A stretch of DNA of 49,744 nucleotides from assembly GCA_043810925.1 (NCBI GenBank), contig JBDRNT010000014.1, positions 1 through 49,744 of the forward strand, given 5' to 3'. The position numbers and the translations under genes were made by a program. Below are positions 18,327-27,229 of the stretch, in pieces; position 1 is the stretch's first letter, and each line of letters opens with the position of its first letter. Source of the stretch: Candidatus Eiseniibacteriota bacterium. Lineage in GTDB: Bacteria > Arandabacterota > Arandabacteria > Arandabacterales > Arandabacteraceae. The notes below the pieces were generated by a model. That model made no database searches. It worked only from the letters and a program-made list of their open reading frames with translations, and had not been told where the DNA came from.

Positions 18327-19454
18327 CTACTCGTCGCTCGTGTTCCAGACAGCGATGCCGGGTCCTTCGTCGTATAGCCCGAGGTCGTCCTCGATTATCG
18401 GCATGGCCTCCTGAAATTTCACCGGTGCTGAGTCAAATCTACGTTTAGTAGATTGGCCGAGTATGCTTTTGTAACGCTCGGCCAAGCGCTCGTCTGGATC
18501 GAGAACCTTGAATTTCCTCAACCTAGTACTGCTGAACAACCCCACAGCCAGCAAGTACCTGAAGAAGTTATCAGCCTCCGGCATTGAGTATCCTATGACA
18601 TATACGTACTCAGCATCAGCAAGCTCCTCTGCAGCCCGTTTCCAAACTGGCGATATCCGTGCGTGATGTTGCGCTTTGTTCAAGGTCGGAGGAACAATGA
18701 AAGGCTGCCCGTCGAGCTCTTTGCCACATCTCTTGTGCACCAGTCCACGCAGGCTGGAAGAGACTGACATGCAGCATTTGCTGTCGCCCAGAGGATTTGG
18801 CCCTACATATACCCCCTGTTTGTACGCGTGATCGCCAACCTTGACGGCGTCGAGCTCTCCACAATTATCGCACAAGCCCCAATTCACTGACCCGTGTAAT
18901 TTCAGTACAGGCATTCCACCTGCCCGAGTTCCGTTCTTAAATCCATAGTCGATCCCGAGGCCAGCGCGATCCATCGCGAAATCGATCGCGATATCGTAGT
19001 TGAAAGTTATGACTGCAGAGCTCCAGGCGGATCCCCTTGTTTTCAACTCCCCAAGAAGGCGCACGAAATCGACGTATGTTCCGACCGGAATGATAGTGTT
19101 TCCCTCCCACTCAAACTGTATGCTTTTTTCGAGAGTACATACAATGAGCCTTCTGATCGCCCCGGCAAGCCCGTCGATCTGTTCTCCATCTAGCTCGCCC
19201 AGATGTCCGATGATCTGCCCCATTTCAATCGTGTTAAACACTTCTTCTATGTTATCTAGATTGATTAGGCACTTACTGTCTATCCCGCGTAGACGCCCCA
19301 GTGATTCAAATACATTCTCAAAACTTCCCCTGTCCTCGACGCTAAGTTTGTCACCTCTCTTAAGATCTTCCGCTTTGTCCAAGAAATCCGATATGAGTGG
19401 GGCTCCAATGTCTTCCGAAGCCCCGGCACCAAGGATAAAAACTACCCTAGCCAT
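18327..19454 (-). CDS. SIR2-like (SIR2_2-type) domain protein, candidate NAD+-consuming defence effector
   Basis: VFILGAGAS, ITFNYD, LKLHGSVNW, IVPPT..K, VIGYS.P..D. It has a strong RBS (GGAGGAGG) and looks AT-richer than its neighbours. Confidence 0.85.
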   Translation of the reverse strand: MARVVFILGAGASEDIGAPLISDFLDKAEDLKRGDKLSVEDRGSFENVFESLGRLRGIDSKCLINLDNIEEVFNTIEMGQIIGHLGELDGEQIDGLAGAIRRLIVCTLEKSIQFEWEGNTIIPVGTYVDFVRLLGELKTRGSAWSSAVITFNYDIAIDFAMDRAGLGIDYGFKNGTRAGGMPVLKLHGSVNWGLCDNCGELDAVKVGDHAYKQGVYVGPNPLGDSKCCMSVSSSLRGLVHKRCGKELDGQPFIVPPTLNKAQHHARISPVWKRAAEELADAEYVYVIGYSMPEADNFFRYLLAVGLFSSTRLRKFKVLDPDERLAERYKSILGQSTKRRFDSAPVKFQEAMPIIEDDLGLYDEGPGIAVWNTSDE

Positions 19455-19527
19455 TCCACTTACCTCCTCCCAAAATCAAAGGTATACTTGTCATGAATCC
19501 TATCGGTCTTCACGAGAATGCGTCCTA

Positions 19528-19646
19528 CAAGGAGAGACCACACGTCCGCCCCACCCGCCCTACTTCTGCCCACAAGAGGATAACCCCAAAGCTGGGCGGT
19601 GTCAATCAAATACCCATGAACCCGCTATTTCAGTGGCTTCGCAGCC
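19528..19646. repeat. 119-bp direct repeat, copy 2 (promoter in front of the SIR2 gene)
   Basis: Direct repeat of 18134..18252. Confidence 0.95.
19577..19605 (-). promoter_or_regulatory. sigma70 promoter upstream of the SIR2-like gene
   Basis: Identical TTGACA-N17-TATCCT. Confidence 0.75.
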
Positions 19647-19664
19647 ACAGCGCTGTCCGGCAAC

Positions 19665-19723
19665 GTAGTGTCGGGGTTCCACTCCCGACGGTCCATTCAT
19701 CGGGCACGGAGACCCGACGCTAC
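19665..19723. repeat. GTAG-type REP doublet (inverted pair)
   Basis: GTAG-TGTCGGGGTTCCACTCCCGACG...TCGGGCACGGAGACCCGACG-CTAC: two hairpins with outward GTAG tags. Confidence 0.75.
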
Positions 19724-19764
19724 AGATCGACCTATCGCACAACGTCGCAGCGGCCCCCTTTTGA

Positions 19765-19793
19765 TTGCGCGTCCTGAGTCGGAGTCTTAAGAT
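19765..19793 (+). promoter_or_regulatory. sigma70-like promoter of rqcH (predicted leaderless mRNA)
   Basis: TTGCGC-N17-TAAGAT, then 6 nt to the ATG at 19800. Confidence 0.5.
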
Positions 19794-19799
19794 GGAAGC

Positions 19800-21503
19800 A
19801 TGGCTATCGGACTTGATGGACTGGGAATAGCGCTTCTTACGCGTGAACTCGACCACCTGCTCAAGGGGCGGGTAATTCAGGGCGTGCATCTTGATGCAAA
19901 CAAGGTCTTTGCCATAACGCTTACCGGGTCCGAACCCGGATATCTTAGATTCCTACCCGACCAGGGATTTCCCCTTGTTGCGTTTGGCACGGATCCGGGG
20001 ATCCGCCGGCAGAAGCAGGGACCTCCGGCGATGCCCCGGTTTGAGGATCCGCTCACAGGCAGACCGATATCGGCAGTCGGGCAGGTCGATCTCGACAGGG
20101 TAGTCAAGGTCACTGTGGGTGACAGGAAGGACGAGCCGTTTCATCTCTACTTCGAACTCATACCACCACATCCCAACCTGTTTCTGACCGACCGGGACGA
20201 CACAATCATGGCGACCCTGTTCAAGGCAGGTACTCAGACACGTAGGCGAACACTCACCCATGGCAAACAGTACACGCCGCCGCAGGCGCAGGATAAGGCC
20301 GACCCTTTCAAGATCAGGATGGAAGACCTCGAGTCACTTCCCTGGTGCACCGATGATGAGGCGTTGAGCAGGGCCATCCACGGGATAGGTCCCTTCCTGT
20401 CCAAGGAGATCGTAAACCGTGCCGTAGATCGCGGCTCATTGGCAGAAGCTTTCCGCGGAGTGATCGAAGCTCACCGGAAGGGAGAGATAAGACCGGCGAT
20501 CTATACCGTTTGCCCGGACGTCACCAGGATGCCGCCGTGGATCGGTGTTACCTGGTACGAATCGTGCGCCCCGTGGGTAAGCAGGCGGGTTCCGATGCCA
20601 TCGCTCAATATGGCGGTCAATACCGCTATGAATGAGTTCGTTGTTACCTCCAGATTCGAAAGAAGCAGGGCCGCCGTTGCCAAAAGCGTTGCGAGAGAGA
20701 TAAAGAAATGCACGAGAGCTGAATGCGAGGCGAAGAAGGCGGAGACAGAGAGAGAGGCGGGTGAGAGGTTCAGGAAGTTCGGTGAGATCATACTCGCCAA
20801 CCTCAAGTCCATCAGGAAAGGCCTGGCCGAAGCCCGCCTGCCCGATATCTTCTCCGAGGGCCTGGAGGAAATAACGATCCCGCTCGAACCCCGTCTCAGC
20901 CCGCACGCCAACGCCGAGGTTTACTTCAAGAAATCACGGAAATCGCTGAGACGTGCCGAGCTCGCCCACGGTAACCTTGCCGCCGTACGTTCCAGACTTG
21001 AGGAGTTACACAATTTACAGAAGGAACTCAGGTCGGATGAGATAACCGAGAAACGCATCGAGGCGATGAAAGAACTGTTTGCGGGCGGCGGGCCCGCAGG
21101 CAAACCTACAAGCCCCGTCGATGAAACGGCCGAGCGCCTCGGGATTAGGCCAAGACGCTATACCGTCGCGGATGGCTGGACGGTCCTGGTCGGGCGTTCG
21201 GCAAAAGAGAACGACATCCTTACGCACAAGTACGCGACACCGGGCGATCTCTGGTTTCATGCCAGACAGGCCCATGGCTCCCATGTCGTGCTTAAGAAAG
21301 GAAGAAAGAAGACACAGGTTTCAAAGCAGGCGATACTCGAAGCTGCAGGCATCACGGCCTACTTCAGCAAGGCAAGAACATCAAAGCACGTTCCCGTCTC
21401 CTACACTGAGAAAAGATATGTGAAGAAAGTGCGGAAGGGCCCCCCGGGGCTGTGCACAATGCTCAGGGAAAAGGTAGTTTTCGTCAAACCCGCCCTCCCG
21501 TAA
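19800..21503 (+). CDS. rqcH: NFACT family ribosome quality-control protein (RqcH/FbpA/Rqc2)
   Basis: N-terminal LDG, DRVV, ELI..HPN, GIGP HhH, NAEVYFKK coiled coil, VGRSAKENDIL...DLWFHA...GSHVV NFACT-R domain. Confidence 0.88.
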   Translation: MAIGLDGLGIALLTRELDHLLKGRVIQGVHLDANKVFAITLTGSEPGYLRFLPDQGFPLVAFGTDPGIRRQKQGPPAMPRFEDPLTGRPISAVGQVDLDRVVKVTVGDRKDEPFHLYFELIPPHPNLFLTDRDDTIMATLFKAGTQTRRRTLTHGKQYTPPQAQDKADPFKIRMEDLESLPWCTDDEALSRAIHGIGPFLSKEIVNRAVDRGSLAEAFRGVIEAHRKGEIRPAIYTVCPDVTRMPPWIGVTWYESCAPWVSRRVPMPSLNMAVNTAMNEFVVTSRFERSRAAVAKSVAREIKKCTRAECEAKKAETEREAGERFRKFGEIILANLKSIRKGLAEARLPDIFSEGLEEITIPLEPRLSPHANAEVYFKKSRKSLRRAELAHGNLAAVRSRLEELHNLQKELRSDEITEKRIEAMKELFAGGGPAGKPTSPVDETAERLGIRPRRYTVADGWTVLVGRSAKENDILTHKYATPGDLWFHARQAHGSHVVLKKGRKKTQVSKQAILEAAGITAYFSKARTSKHVPVSYTEKRYVKKVRKGPPGLCTMLREKVVFVKPALP

Positions 21504-21578
21504 CATCGGGTCTCCGTGCCTGGCGTATCGATCGTCGGTGGTGGAAGCCTGATCGTGGGGGCGGAACCACGACGCTAC
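21500..21578. repeat. Degenerate GTAG-type REP cluster
   Basis: GTAACATCGGGTCTCCGTGCC...CGTGGGGGCGGAACCACGACGCTAC; inverted relatives of the units at 19665..19723. Confidence 0.65.
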
Positions 21579-21604
21579 ACAATTCCTACTCGCCGACCCC
21601 AGGC

Positions 21605-22369
21605 CTAGAAGAACTTCTTGCCGAGGCGTTTGAACTCCCGGACGTCTTCCGTGGTTGGAAACGAATAGTAGGTCTTATCCTCATCCCTGTTCTCGATAAG
21701 AGTGTAACCTCCTGCATGGATTAGCTCGACCGCCTCTATGATCGCGTCCATGCCTACTCGCTTGGTGTGCCTTATCAGCTCATCGAGGGTTCTGTTTTCG
21801 ATCGCCAGGCGTTTTTGAACAAGTATGGGCCCACTGTCGATTCCCTCATCGACAAAGAAAACCGACACACCCGTCTCCTGCTCGTCGTTCTTCATCACCC
21901 AGAAGGTGGGCATCAGTCCCCTGTACTTGGGCAGCAGCCCAGTATGAAGATTGAGACAGCCCCTCGGCGCAAGTTCGATCAGGGGTTTCTTGAAAATGAC
22001 ATTCGCCTGGATCGAGATCAAAAGATCAGGTTCATGAATCCCGAGTAACCTGATACTGCTCTTACTGTTGATGTTCGTCGCTATCTTGATTACGGGGACC
22101 CCGTATTTCTTAAGGACCGATGCGACCCTCCGTCCGGAAGCGAGTTTGCTCAGCATGAACTTCCAGGCATATCTCACAAAGAATTCCGGACCGAAGGTTC
22201 TGTAGGTATGAGCCATCTTCTGAAATATCGTTTCGTTCTTCCCGAAGGGGGAGGCCCCGAGAACAACACATCCGCAGACAAGTGAATGCTGCGGGATATG
22301 CGTGATCAGGTAGTCGATATTCTCAGCGAGATAGAACGGGCTGTCCTGCGTTATTATCAATATTCTCAT
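21605..22369 (-). CDS. Formyltransferase family protein (probably sugar/polysaccharide N-formyltransferase)
   Basis: NLHTGLLPKYRGLMPTFW, GVSV..VDEGIDSGPI; lacks the Fmt C-terminal domain and is coupled to a glycosyltransferase. Confidence 0.85.
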   Translation of the reverse strand: MRILIITQDSPFYLAENIDYLITHIPQHSLVCGCVVLGASPFGKNETIFQKMAHTYRTFGPEFFVRYAWKFMLSKLASGRRVASVLKKYGVPVIKIATNINSKSSIRLLGIHEPDLLISIQANVIFKKPLIELAPRGCLNLHTGLLPKYRGLMPTFWVMKNDEQETGVSVFFVDEGIDSGPILVQKRLAIENRTLDELIRHTKRVGMDAIIEAVELIHAGGYTLIENRDEDKTYYSFPTTEDVREFKRLGKKFF

Positions 22370-23508
22370 GTTACCTTCCGTTTCGATGATCCACTCATCA
22401 CGGTTTCGTAAAGATCTGTGACGGCCGAGAGCATCCGCTCCTTTGAGAACTCACGCGTAGTCCGGTCGAAACCGACACGGGCAAACTTATTGTAGAGATC
22501 TCTATCCGAGCAGATTCGCTCTATCGCTTTTGCAAGAGCCGTGGGGTCGGCCGGTTCTACGACAAGCCCGGTCTCGCCGTTCAGGTTGGCCCATGTCACA
22601 CCCGACCCCTTTATGTTGGTCGATACCACAGGCTTCTTAAAGAGCATCGCCTCGAGTTGAACAAGACCGAACCCTTCATTCCTTGAGATCGAACTCAGAC
22701 AGAAGAGGTCACAGGCCTCGTAGTATGACCCAAGGTCTTCGTGGTCTATCCGGCCCAGCAGAAAGACCTTGTCACCAAGCCCCTCGCGCTGGATCTGTGC
22801 GGCAAGTTCCGCATCGAGCGGCCCACTGCCGCCTATCAGGACCACGTATTGATCGCTCAGCAGCCGGGCGGCCCGGATGAGGTACTGATATCCCTTGTAC
22901 CTGCTGAGCCTCCCGACGGCGAAGACAATCCTGCGGTCTCTGTAGCGCTTCCGTATCTCCGACGCGGCTTGATCGGAGACTCTGAAAGAGGATTTATCGA
23001 CCCCGATCGGAACGACGTGACACTTGGCCCTGTGCCTGGCCAGGAAGGGAGAGCCGACTATGTAGTTGGGAGATGTTGTGATTATCGCATCGGCGCGCCG
23101 CGTCATCCAACTCTGAAATGGAAGAAACAACTTCAACAGGAACCGCTGCCTAACGATATCGTTGTGCCAGTGCAGTATTACCCTGGAGCGCGGTCGTGCC
23201 GCAAACAGTGCCAGGGTAGCAATGGGATCGGGCAGGTGAACATGTATGATGTCGTAATCACCCTGCACCGCTTTGAGTTTGAAAGCCAGCTGCGGACTTA
23301 TCGAAGTCGAGAAGTATCTTCCATAAGAACGCGTCCTCGTCACACGGTACTTGCCGACCGTCTCCTCGACATACTTCTTCTCGCTGTTGGAACACAGCAC
23401 ATCACAGCGGACGTCTCTCGCGTTGAGCCCCTCGGTGATATCGAACATCACCCGCTCGATGCCTCCGATGTCGGGAGGGTAGAACTTGCCGAACTGAAGT
23501 ACTCTCAT
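22366..23508 (-). CDS. Glycosyltransferase family 4 (GT-B)
   Basis: KFYPP..GGIE, HVHLPDP, VGRL..YKG, EGFGLVQLEAM...KPVV. Confidence 0.92.
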   Translation of the reverse strand: MRVLQFGKFYPPDIGGIERVMFDITEGLNARDVRCDVLCSNSEKKYVEETVGKYRVTRTRSYGRYFSTSISPQLAFKLKAVQGDYDIIHVHLPDPIATLALFAARPRSRVILHWHNDIVRQRFLLKLFLPFQSWMTRRADAIITTSPNYIVGSPFLARHRAKCHVVPIGVDKSSFRVSDQAASEIRKRYRDRRIVFAVGRLSRYKGYQYLIRAARLLSDQYVVLIGGSGPLDAELAAQIQREGLGDKVFLLGRIDHEDLGSYYEACDLFCLSSISRNEGFGLVQLEAMLFKKPVVSTNIKGSGVTWANLNGETGLVVEPADPTALAKAIERICSDRDLYNKFARVGFDRTTREFSKERMLSAVTDLYETVMSGSSKRKVT

Positions 23509-23540
23509 AACAACATCCTAATCCGACCTGGGGCAGGTAA

Positions 23541-24956
23541 TTACACTTCTTCAAGTTTAAGCAGATTCGTCTTACCGGTTATCCAGGGGGGCACGCCGGC
23601 CGTGACGACCACGAGATCGCCCTTCTTAACGATCCCTCGTCTCCGCGCAGCAGCAATAGCCAACCGGATCATCTCGTCGGTATTTCTTGCTTGTCTTATC
23701 TCCTCACAGATTACCCCGTGGGACAGCGCCAGTTTCATCCGCGTATCTCTTGACGGGGTAACGGCCAGGATCGGCACATCCGGTCTGAACTTGGCTACCC
23801 TCAGGGCTGTGCTGCCCGTTATTGTCGAGGTTATGATCGCGGTGGCACCCAGCCTCTCCGCTGCACCTGCCGCAAGATAGGCGATGTTCTCGTCTTTCCC
23901 CGGTCCGGGTACAAAGGGCTCCCTTACCCTTATCCATTCTCCCCTCTGAGCCATCTCGGTTCGCCTGGCAATTGAAGCCATTGTCCGTACGGCTTCCACC
24001 GGGAAAGCACCAATTGCGGTCTCCCCACTGAGCATAACCGCGTCCGTACCGTCCAGCACCGCATTGGCGACATCGCTTGCCTCTGCCCTCGTCGGCTGTG
24101 GGTTCGTCATCATGGATTCGAGCATCTGGGTTGCCGTGATTACCGGCTTGGCCATGCGGTTACATTTCTCAATCAGGAGCTTCTGGATAATGGGTAGCCT
24201 GCTGATCGAAACCTCTGAAGCAAGATCACCCCTGGCAACGAGGATTCCATCGGAACTTTCAATGATTGCATCGATTTCCCTGACGGCTTCACTCGTCTCA
24301 ATCTTGGCAATGATACCGACGCCCTTCTTCCGGATCTTCTTACGAAGATTGATCACGTCGGATGCCGCCCGCACAAACGAGAGCGCGATGAAATCAACAC
24401 CTTTTGATATCCCGAACCTTAGATCCCGCATGTCCTTCTCGGTCAGTGACGGAAAGTCGGACCGGGACTCCGGGAAGCTGATCCCCTTTCCGGAATGGAC
24501 GGTTCCACCCTTGACGACCCTGCACCTGAGTTTCCCCCCTGCCACGGATTTCACCCTGAGGCTTGTTCCGAGATCACCTATGGTGACCCTGTGACCGGCC
24601 CTGACACCGCCGAACGAATACCGTGGTGAGACCGGAATATCCGTCCCTTCCCCGACCTTTGCTCCAAGGGTGACCGTCGTTCCCCGCCGGAGGACAATCT
24701 GCCCGTCCGTTAACCGCCCCACCCGGAAACGCGGCCCCTGGAGATCCTGTATGATCGGGATGGGCCTGCCCTTGCTGCCGACAACTCCGCGGATGTTTCG
24801 AATCAAGGCTTCATGCGTGGCATGATCCCCATGCGAGAAATTAAGCCGTATCCCGTCCACACCCGCCCTAATCAGCGAACGGATTATCGTGCGGGAGCTT
24901 GACGCGGGTCCAAGCGTAGCTATTATCTTGGTTTGTCTTTGCAATGATCTTGCCAC
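23541..24956 (-). CDS. pyk: Pyruvate kinase
   Basis: TKIIATLGPAS, RLNFSHG, DLQGP, AKIE, VARGDL, TATQMLESM, DAVMLSGETA.G. Confidence 0.97.
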   Translation of the reverse strand: MARSLQRQTKIIATLGPASSSRTIIRSLIRAGVDGIRLNFSHGDHATHEALIRNIRGVVGSKGRPIPIIQDLQGPRFRVGRLTDGQIVLRRGTTVTLGAKVGEGTDIPVSPRYSFGGVRAGHRVTIGDLGTSLRVKSVAGGKLRCRVVKGGTVHSGKGISFPESRSDFPSLTEKDMRDLRFGISKGVDFIALSFVRAASDVINLRKKIRKKGVGIIAKIETSEAVREIDAIIESSDGILVARGDLASEVSISRLPIIQKLLIEKCNRMAKPVITATQMLESMMTNPQPTRAEASDVANAVLDGTDAVMLSGETAIGAFPVEAVRTMASIARRTEMAQRGEWIRVREPFVPGPGKDENIAYLAAGAAERLGATAIITSTITGSTALRVAKFRPDVPILAVTPSRDTRMKLALSHGVICEEIRQARNTDEMIRLAIAAARRRGIVKKGDLVVVTAGVPPWITGKTNLLKLEEV

Positions 24957-25061
24957 CGTATCGGGCCCATTTACTTAGACGGAATCAACTTGACGATCCG
25001 GACAACTCATTTGTGGCTCTACCGTAGCACGTCCCTCTTCTCATTGGCAACCGTTCTCCCG

Positions 25062-25167
25062 GATTCGGTGGCAGTTTAGAAGTTCCCTACCCGCTCCGCA
25101 TAAGTCCCGTGACAGTTCAGAAATTCCCCGCCTGCCACCGGGATAATTAGCTGACTGTCACCGGATC
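25062..25167. repeat. Cluster of three degenerate RAYT-end motifs
   Basis: GATTCGGTGGCAGTTTAGAAGTT (+), TAAGTCCCGTGACAGTTCAGAAATT (+) and AATTAGCTGACTGTCACCGGATC (-). Confidence 0.55.
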
Positions 25168-25245
25168 TTTCGCCTCCGGGCTCGTTCATTGAATATTCTG
25201 GATACTCCAATCGTATATGCTATGGTGGCAAAGAAAGGAGCCCCT

Positions 25246-27090
25246 GTGACAAGCAAGACCATCTTCTCGCGAATCCTGCTCGCTCTGCTGGCTGCCGCAA
25301 TTACGATCTACGGTCTCTTCAGTTCGGCTGCCGTCGCCAAGTCCTACCGCATTACACAGGTGGACATCGATGCAAGTCTGATGCTGGACGGAAGCATGGA
25401 TGTGAGGGAACTGCGGACCTATCGATTCAGCGGGTCCTTCACCTTCGCCTATCGGGACCTGCCGGCTGACCGGTCCGTTACGTTTGACGACTTCGAGGTC
25501 CTCGAGGGCGGCCGGCCCTATCGTCTCACGGGGTCTGAAGAACCCGGTACGTTCAGTATCTCAAGATCCGGTGGGTGGATCAGAGTGACGTGGTATTACC
25601 ACGCAAGCGATGAGTCAAGGACCTTCGAGTTCCGCTACCGTGCCAGGAACGCGATTGCGCGATACGATGACGCCGCGGTGCTCCATTACAAGTTCCTGAG
25701 CGAGGACTGGGATATCCCGCAGCAAAACATCGGTCTGGCTATTACACCCCCGGTACCGCTGACCTCAAGCGATGTCAACGAATGGCTTCACGGGCCGCTC
25801 TGGGCCGAGTCTGAGATCACTGCGGATGGCAGGATCCTCGCCCGGTGCCGGCACCTGCCGCCACACAAATACCTCGAGGTGCGTGCACTTTACGCACCGG
25901 ATGTCTTCCCCGAGGTCCGGCCGATGGCCGGAAGCGTACGCCGGGAAATCATGACTGAGGAAGCCGAATGGGCAGAAGAGACAAACCGCCGGCGGGAAGC
26001 GGCCATCCGGGACTCCGCCGCCCGGGAGAAGCGCGTGGAAATCGGCAGGCGCCTTGCGATCGGTATCGGTCTTGCAGGCCTGCTGGTTGCATGGTGGATC
26101 TTTAAGAAGTATCGCCGGAAGCCGGCGCTGCCACGCTTCCTTGAAATGTCGTCCGAGATCCCGGAGAAACTTCCTCCGGCCCTCGTTGGTTATCTCTTGA
26201 ACAGCCGGCAGGTCACGGGTGCGGCACTTATCGGGACCATGCTCAACCTGGCACGCCGCGGGTTCCTTGCGCTGCGTGAGGAGCAAGTGGAAAAGCGGAG
26301 CATCTGGGGCGGGACCAAGAAGAAACCTGAGTATCACTGGGATCTCAATCGCACCTACCGGGACCAGCATAGTTCGGATCTGCTTGACCATGAAACCGCT
26401 CTTATCGAGTTCATTTTCGGCGATCTGGCCGAAGGCGCCGATTCGATTTCGATAGACGCTATCAAGAAAAAACGAAGCAGGTTCATCAAGTTCTTCAGAG
26501 ACTGGAAAAAGGGTGTTGAGGAATCGGGCAAGAAAAAGGAATGGTTCGACACGGGAAGTATCCGCGGGATGTATTACTCGCTTGCAGTCGCCGGCGCATT
26601 GCTCGCGCTGGGTGCGGCTTCCGTTTTCGTGATTGGACTGTGGGCCCTGGTCCTCGCCGGTGCAGGTATCATTGTATTGATTCTCTCATTCTTCATACCA
26701 CACCGGACCCCTGAGGGAGAGACCAAGGCAAGGCACTGGAAAGCCGTTAAGAAATACCTGAAGACTTACGAGTTCGGATCGGCAGACCGCCAGGATCTGC
26801 TGGCTCAGATTTCGGATTATCTCGTTTATGGAGTTGTACTCGGACTCTCGACCAGGTTCTACGAGAAGATGGCGGCCGGCATACCCGAGGGGGAGCACGG
26901 CGCTTACTTCCCGTGGTATGTGTGCCATGGGCGGTCGGCAGGGAGCTTTTCTCCCGCGTCTTTCGGTGCTGCTTTCTCATCAATGGTCGCGACCACAACC
27001 TCTGCAATGAGCACGGCATCGGGTACCGGCGGTGGCGCTTCTGCCGGTGGTGGGGGTGGCGCAAGCAGCGGTGGCGGCGGCGCTGGCTAG
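25246..27090 (+). CDS. DUF2207 family membrane protein
   Basis: Signal peptide, KSY.I...DGS.DV.E..TY.F.G.F, WLHGPL, PPA.VG.L, W.A.KKYL, YLVYGV.LG and a Gly-rich tail GGGGAG. GTG start follows AAGGAG. Confidence 0.88.
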   Translation: MTSKTIFSRILLALLAAAITIYGLFSSAAVAKSYRITQVDIDASLMLDGSMDVRELRTYRFSGSFTFAYRDLPADRSVTFDDFEVLEGGRPYRLTGSEEPGTFSISRSGGWIRVTWYYHASDESRTFEFRYRARNAIARYDDAAVLHYKFLSEDWDIPQQNIGLAITPPVPLTSSDVNEWLHGPLWAESEITADGRILARCRHLPPHKYLEVRALYAPDVFPEVRPMAGSVRREIMTEEAEWAEETNRRREAAIRDSAAREKRVEIGRRLAIGIGLAGLLVAWWIFKKYRRKPALPRFLEMSSEIPEKLPPALVGYLLNSRQVTGAALIGTMLNLARRGFLALREEQVEKRSIWGGTKKKPEYHWDLNRTYRDQHSSDLLDHETALIEFIFGDLAEGADSISIDAIKKKRSRFIKFFRDWKKGVEESGKKKEWFDTGSIRGMYYSLAVAGALLALGAASVFVIGLWALVLAGAGIIVLILSFFIPHRTPEGETKARHWKAVKKYLKTYEFGSADRQDLLAQISDYLVYGVVLGLSTRFYEKMAAGIPEGEHGAYFPWYVCHGRSAGSFSPASFGAAFSSMVATTTSAMSTASGTGGGASAGGGGGASSGGGGAG

Positions 27091-27095
27091 AAAAA

Positions 27096-27191
27096 TCGAC
27101 CGGACCGGCCATCATTGTCGGAGGGTGGGCAATCTCCCGCCCCTGGCTCTTATGGGTTGCGCCAATCATTGGAGCAGTGCTTGCCGGATTC
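27096..27191 (+). pseudogene. aqpZ: Aquaporin Z C-terminal gene fragment
   Basis: Translates as STGPAIIVGGWAISRPWLLWVAPIIGAVLAGF, matching the MIP segment following NPAR. No upstream part of the gene is present. Confidence 0.7.
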
Positions 27192-27209
27192 TGCATGAAC
27201 ATGGAGCCG

Positions 27210-27229
27210 GTATTGAGTTCCCGAAATTA
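27210..27229 (-). repeat. Degenerate RAYT-end-like motif supplying the mobB stop codon
   Basis: Minus strand TAATTTCGGGAACTCAATAC resembles the copy at 35848..35873. Confidence 0.45.

Noticed and set aside
18134-19646. Direct repeats as prophage/ICE attL-attR or as an ncRNA/riboswitch
   Set aside because: No integrase or tRNA is present and only one cargo gene is enclosed. The conserved core is explained by a -35/-10 promoter, and no recognisable RNA family motif was seen (Rfam not run).
22741-23880. Long + strand ORF (379 aa) and similar antisense ORFs (e.g. 11042..11998, 31950..32684, 47921..48649)
   Set aside because: They are shadow frames opposite well-supported genes in GC-rich DNA, with no recognisable motifs.
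27022-27090. GGC/GGT low-complexity tract
   Set aside because: It encodes the normal Gly-rich tail of DUF2207 proteins.
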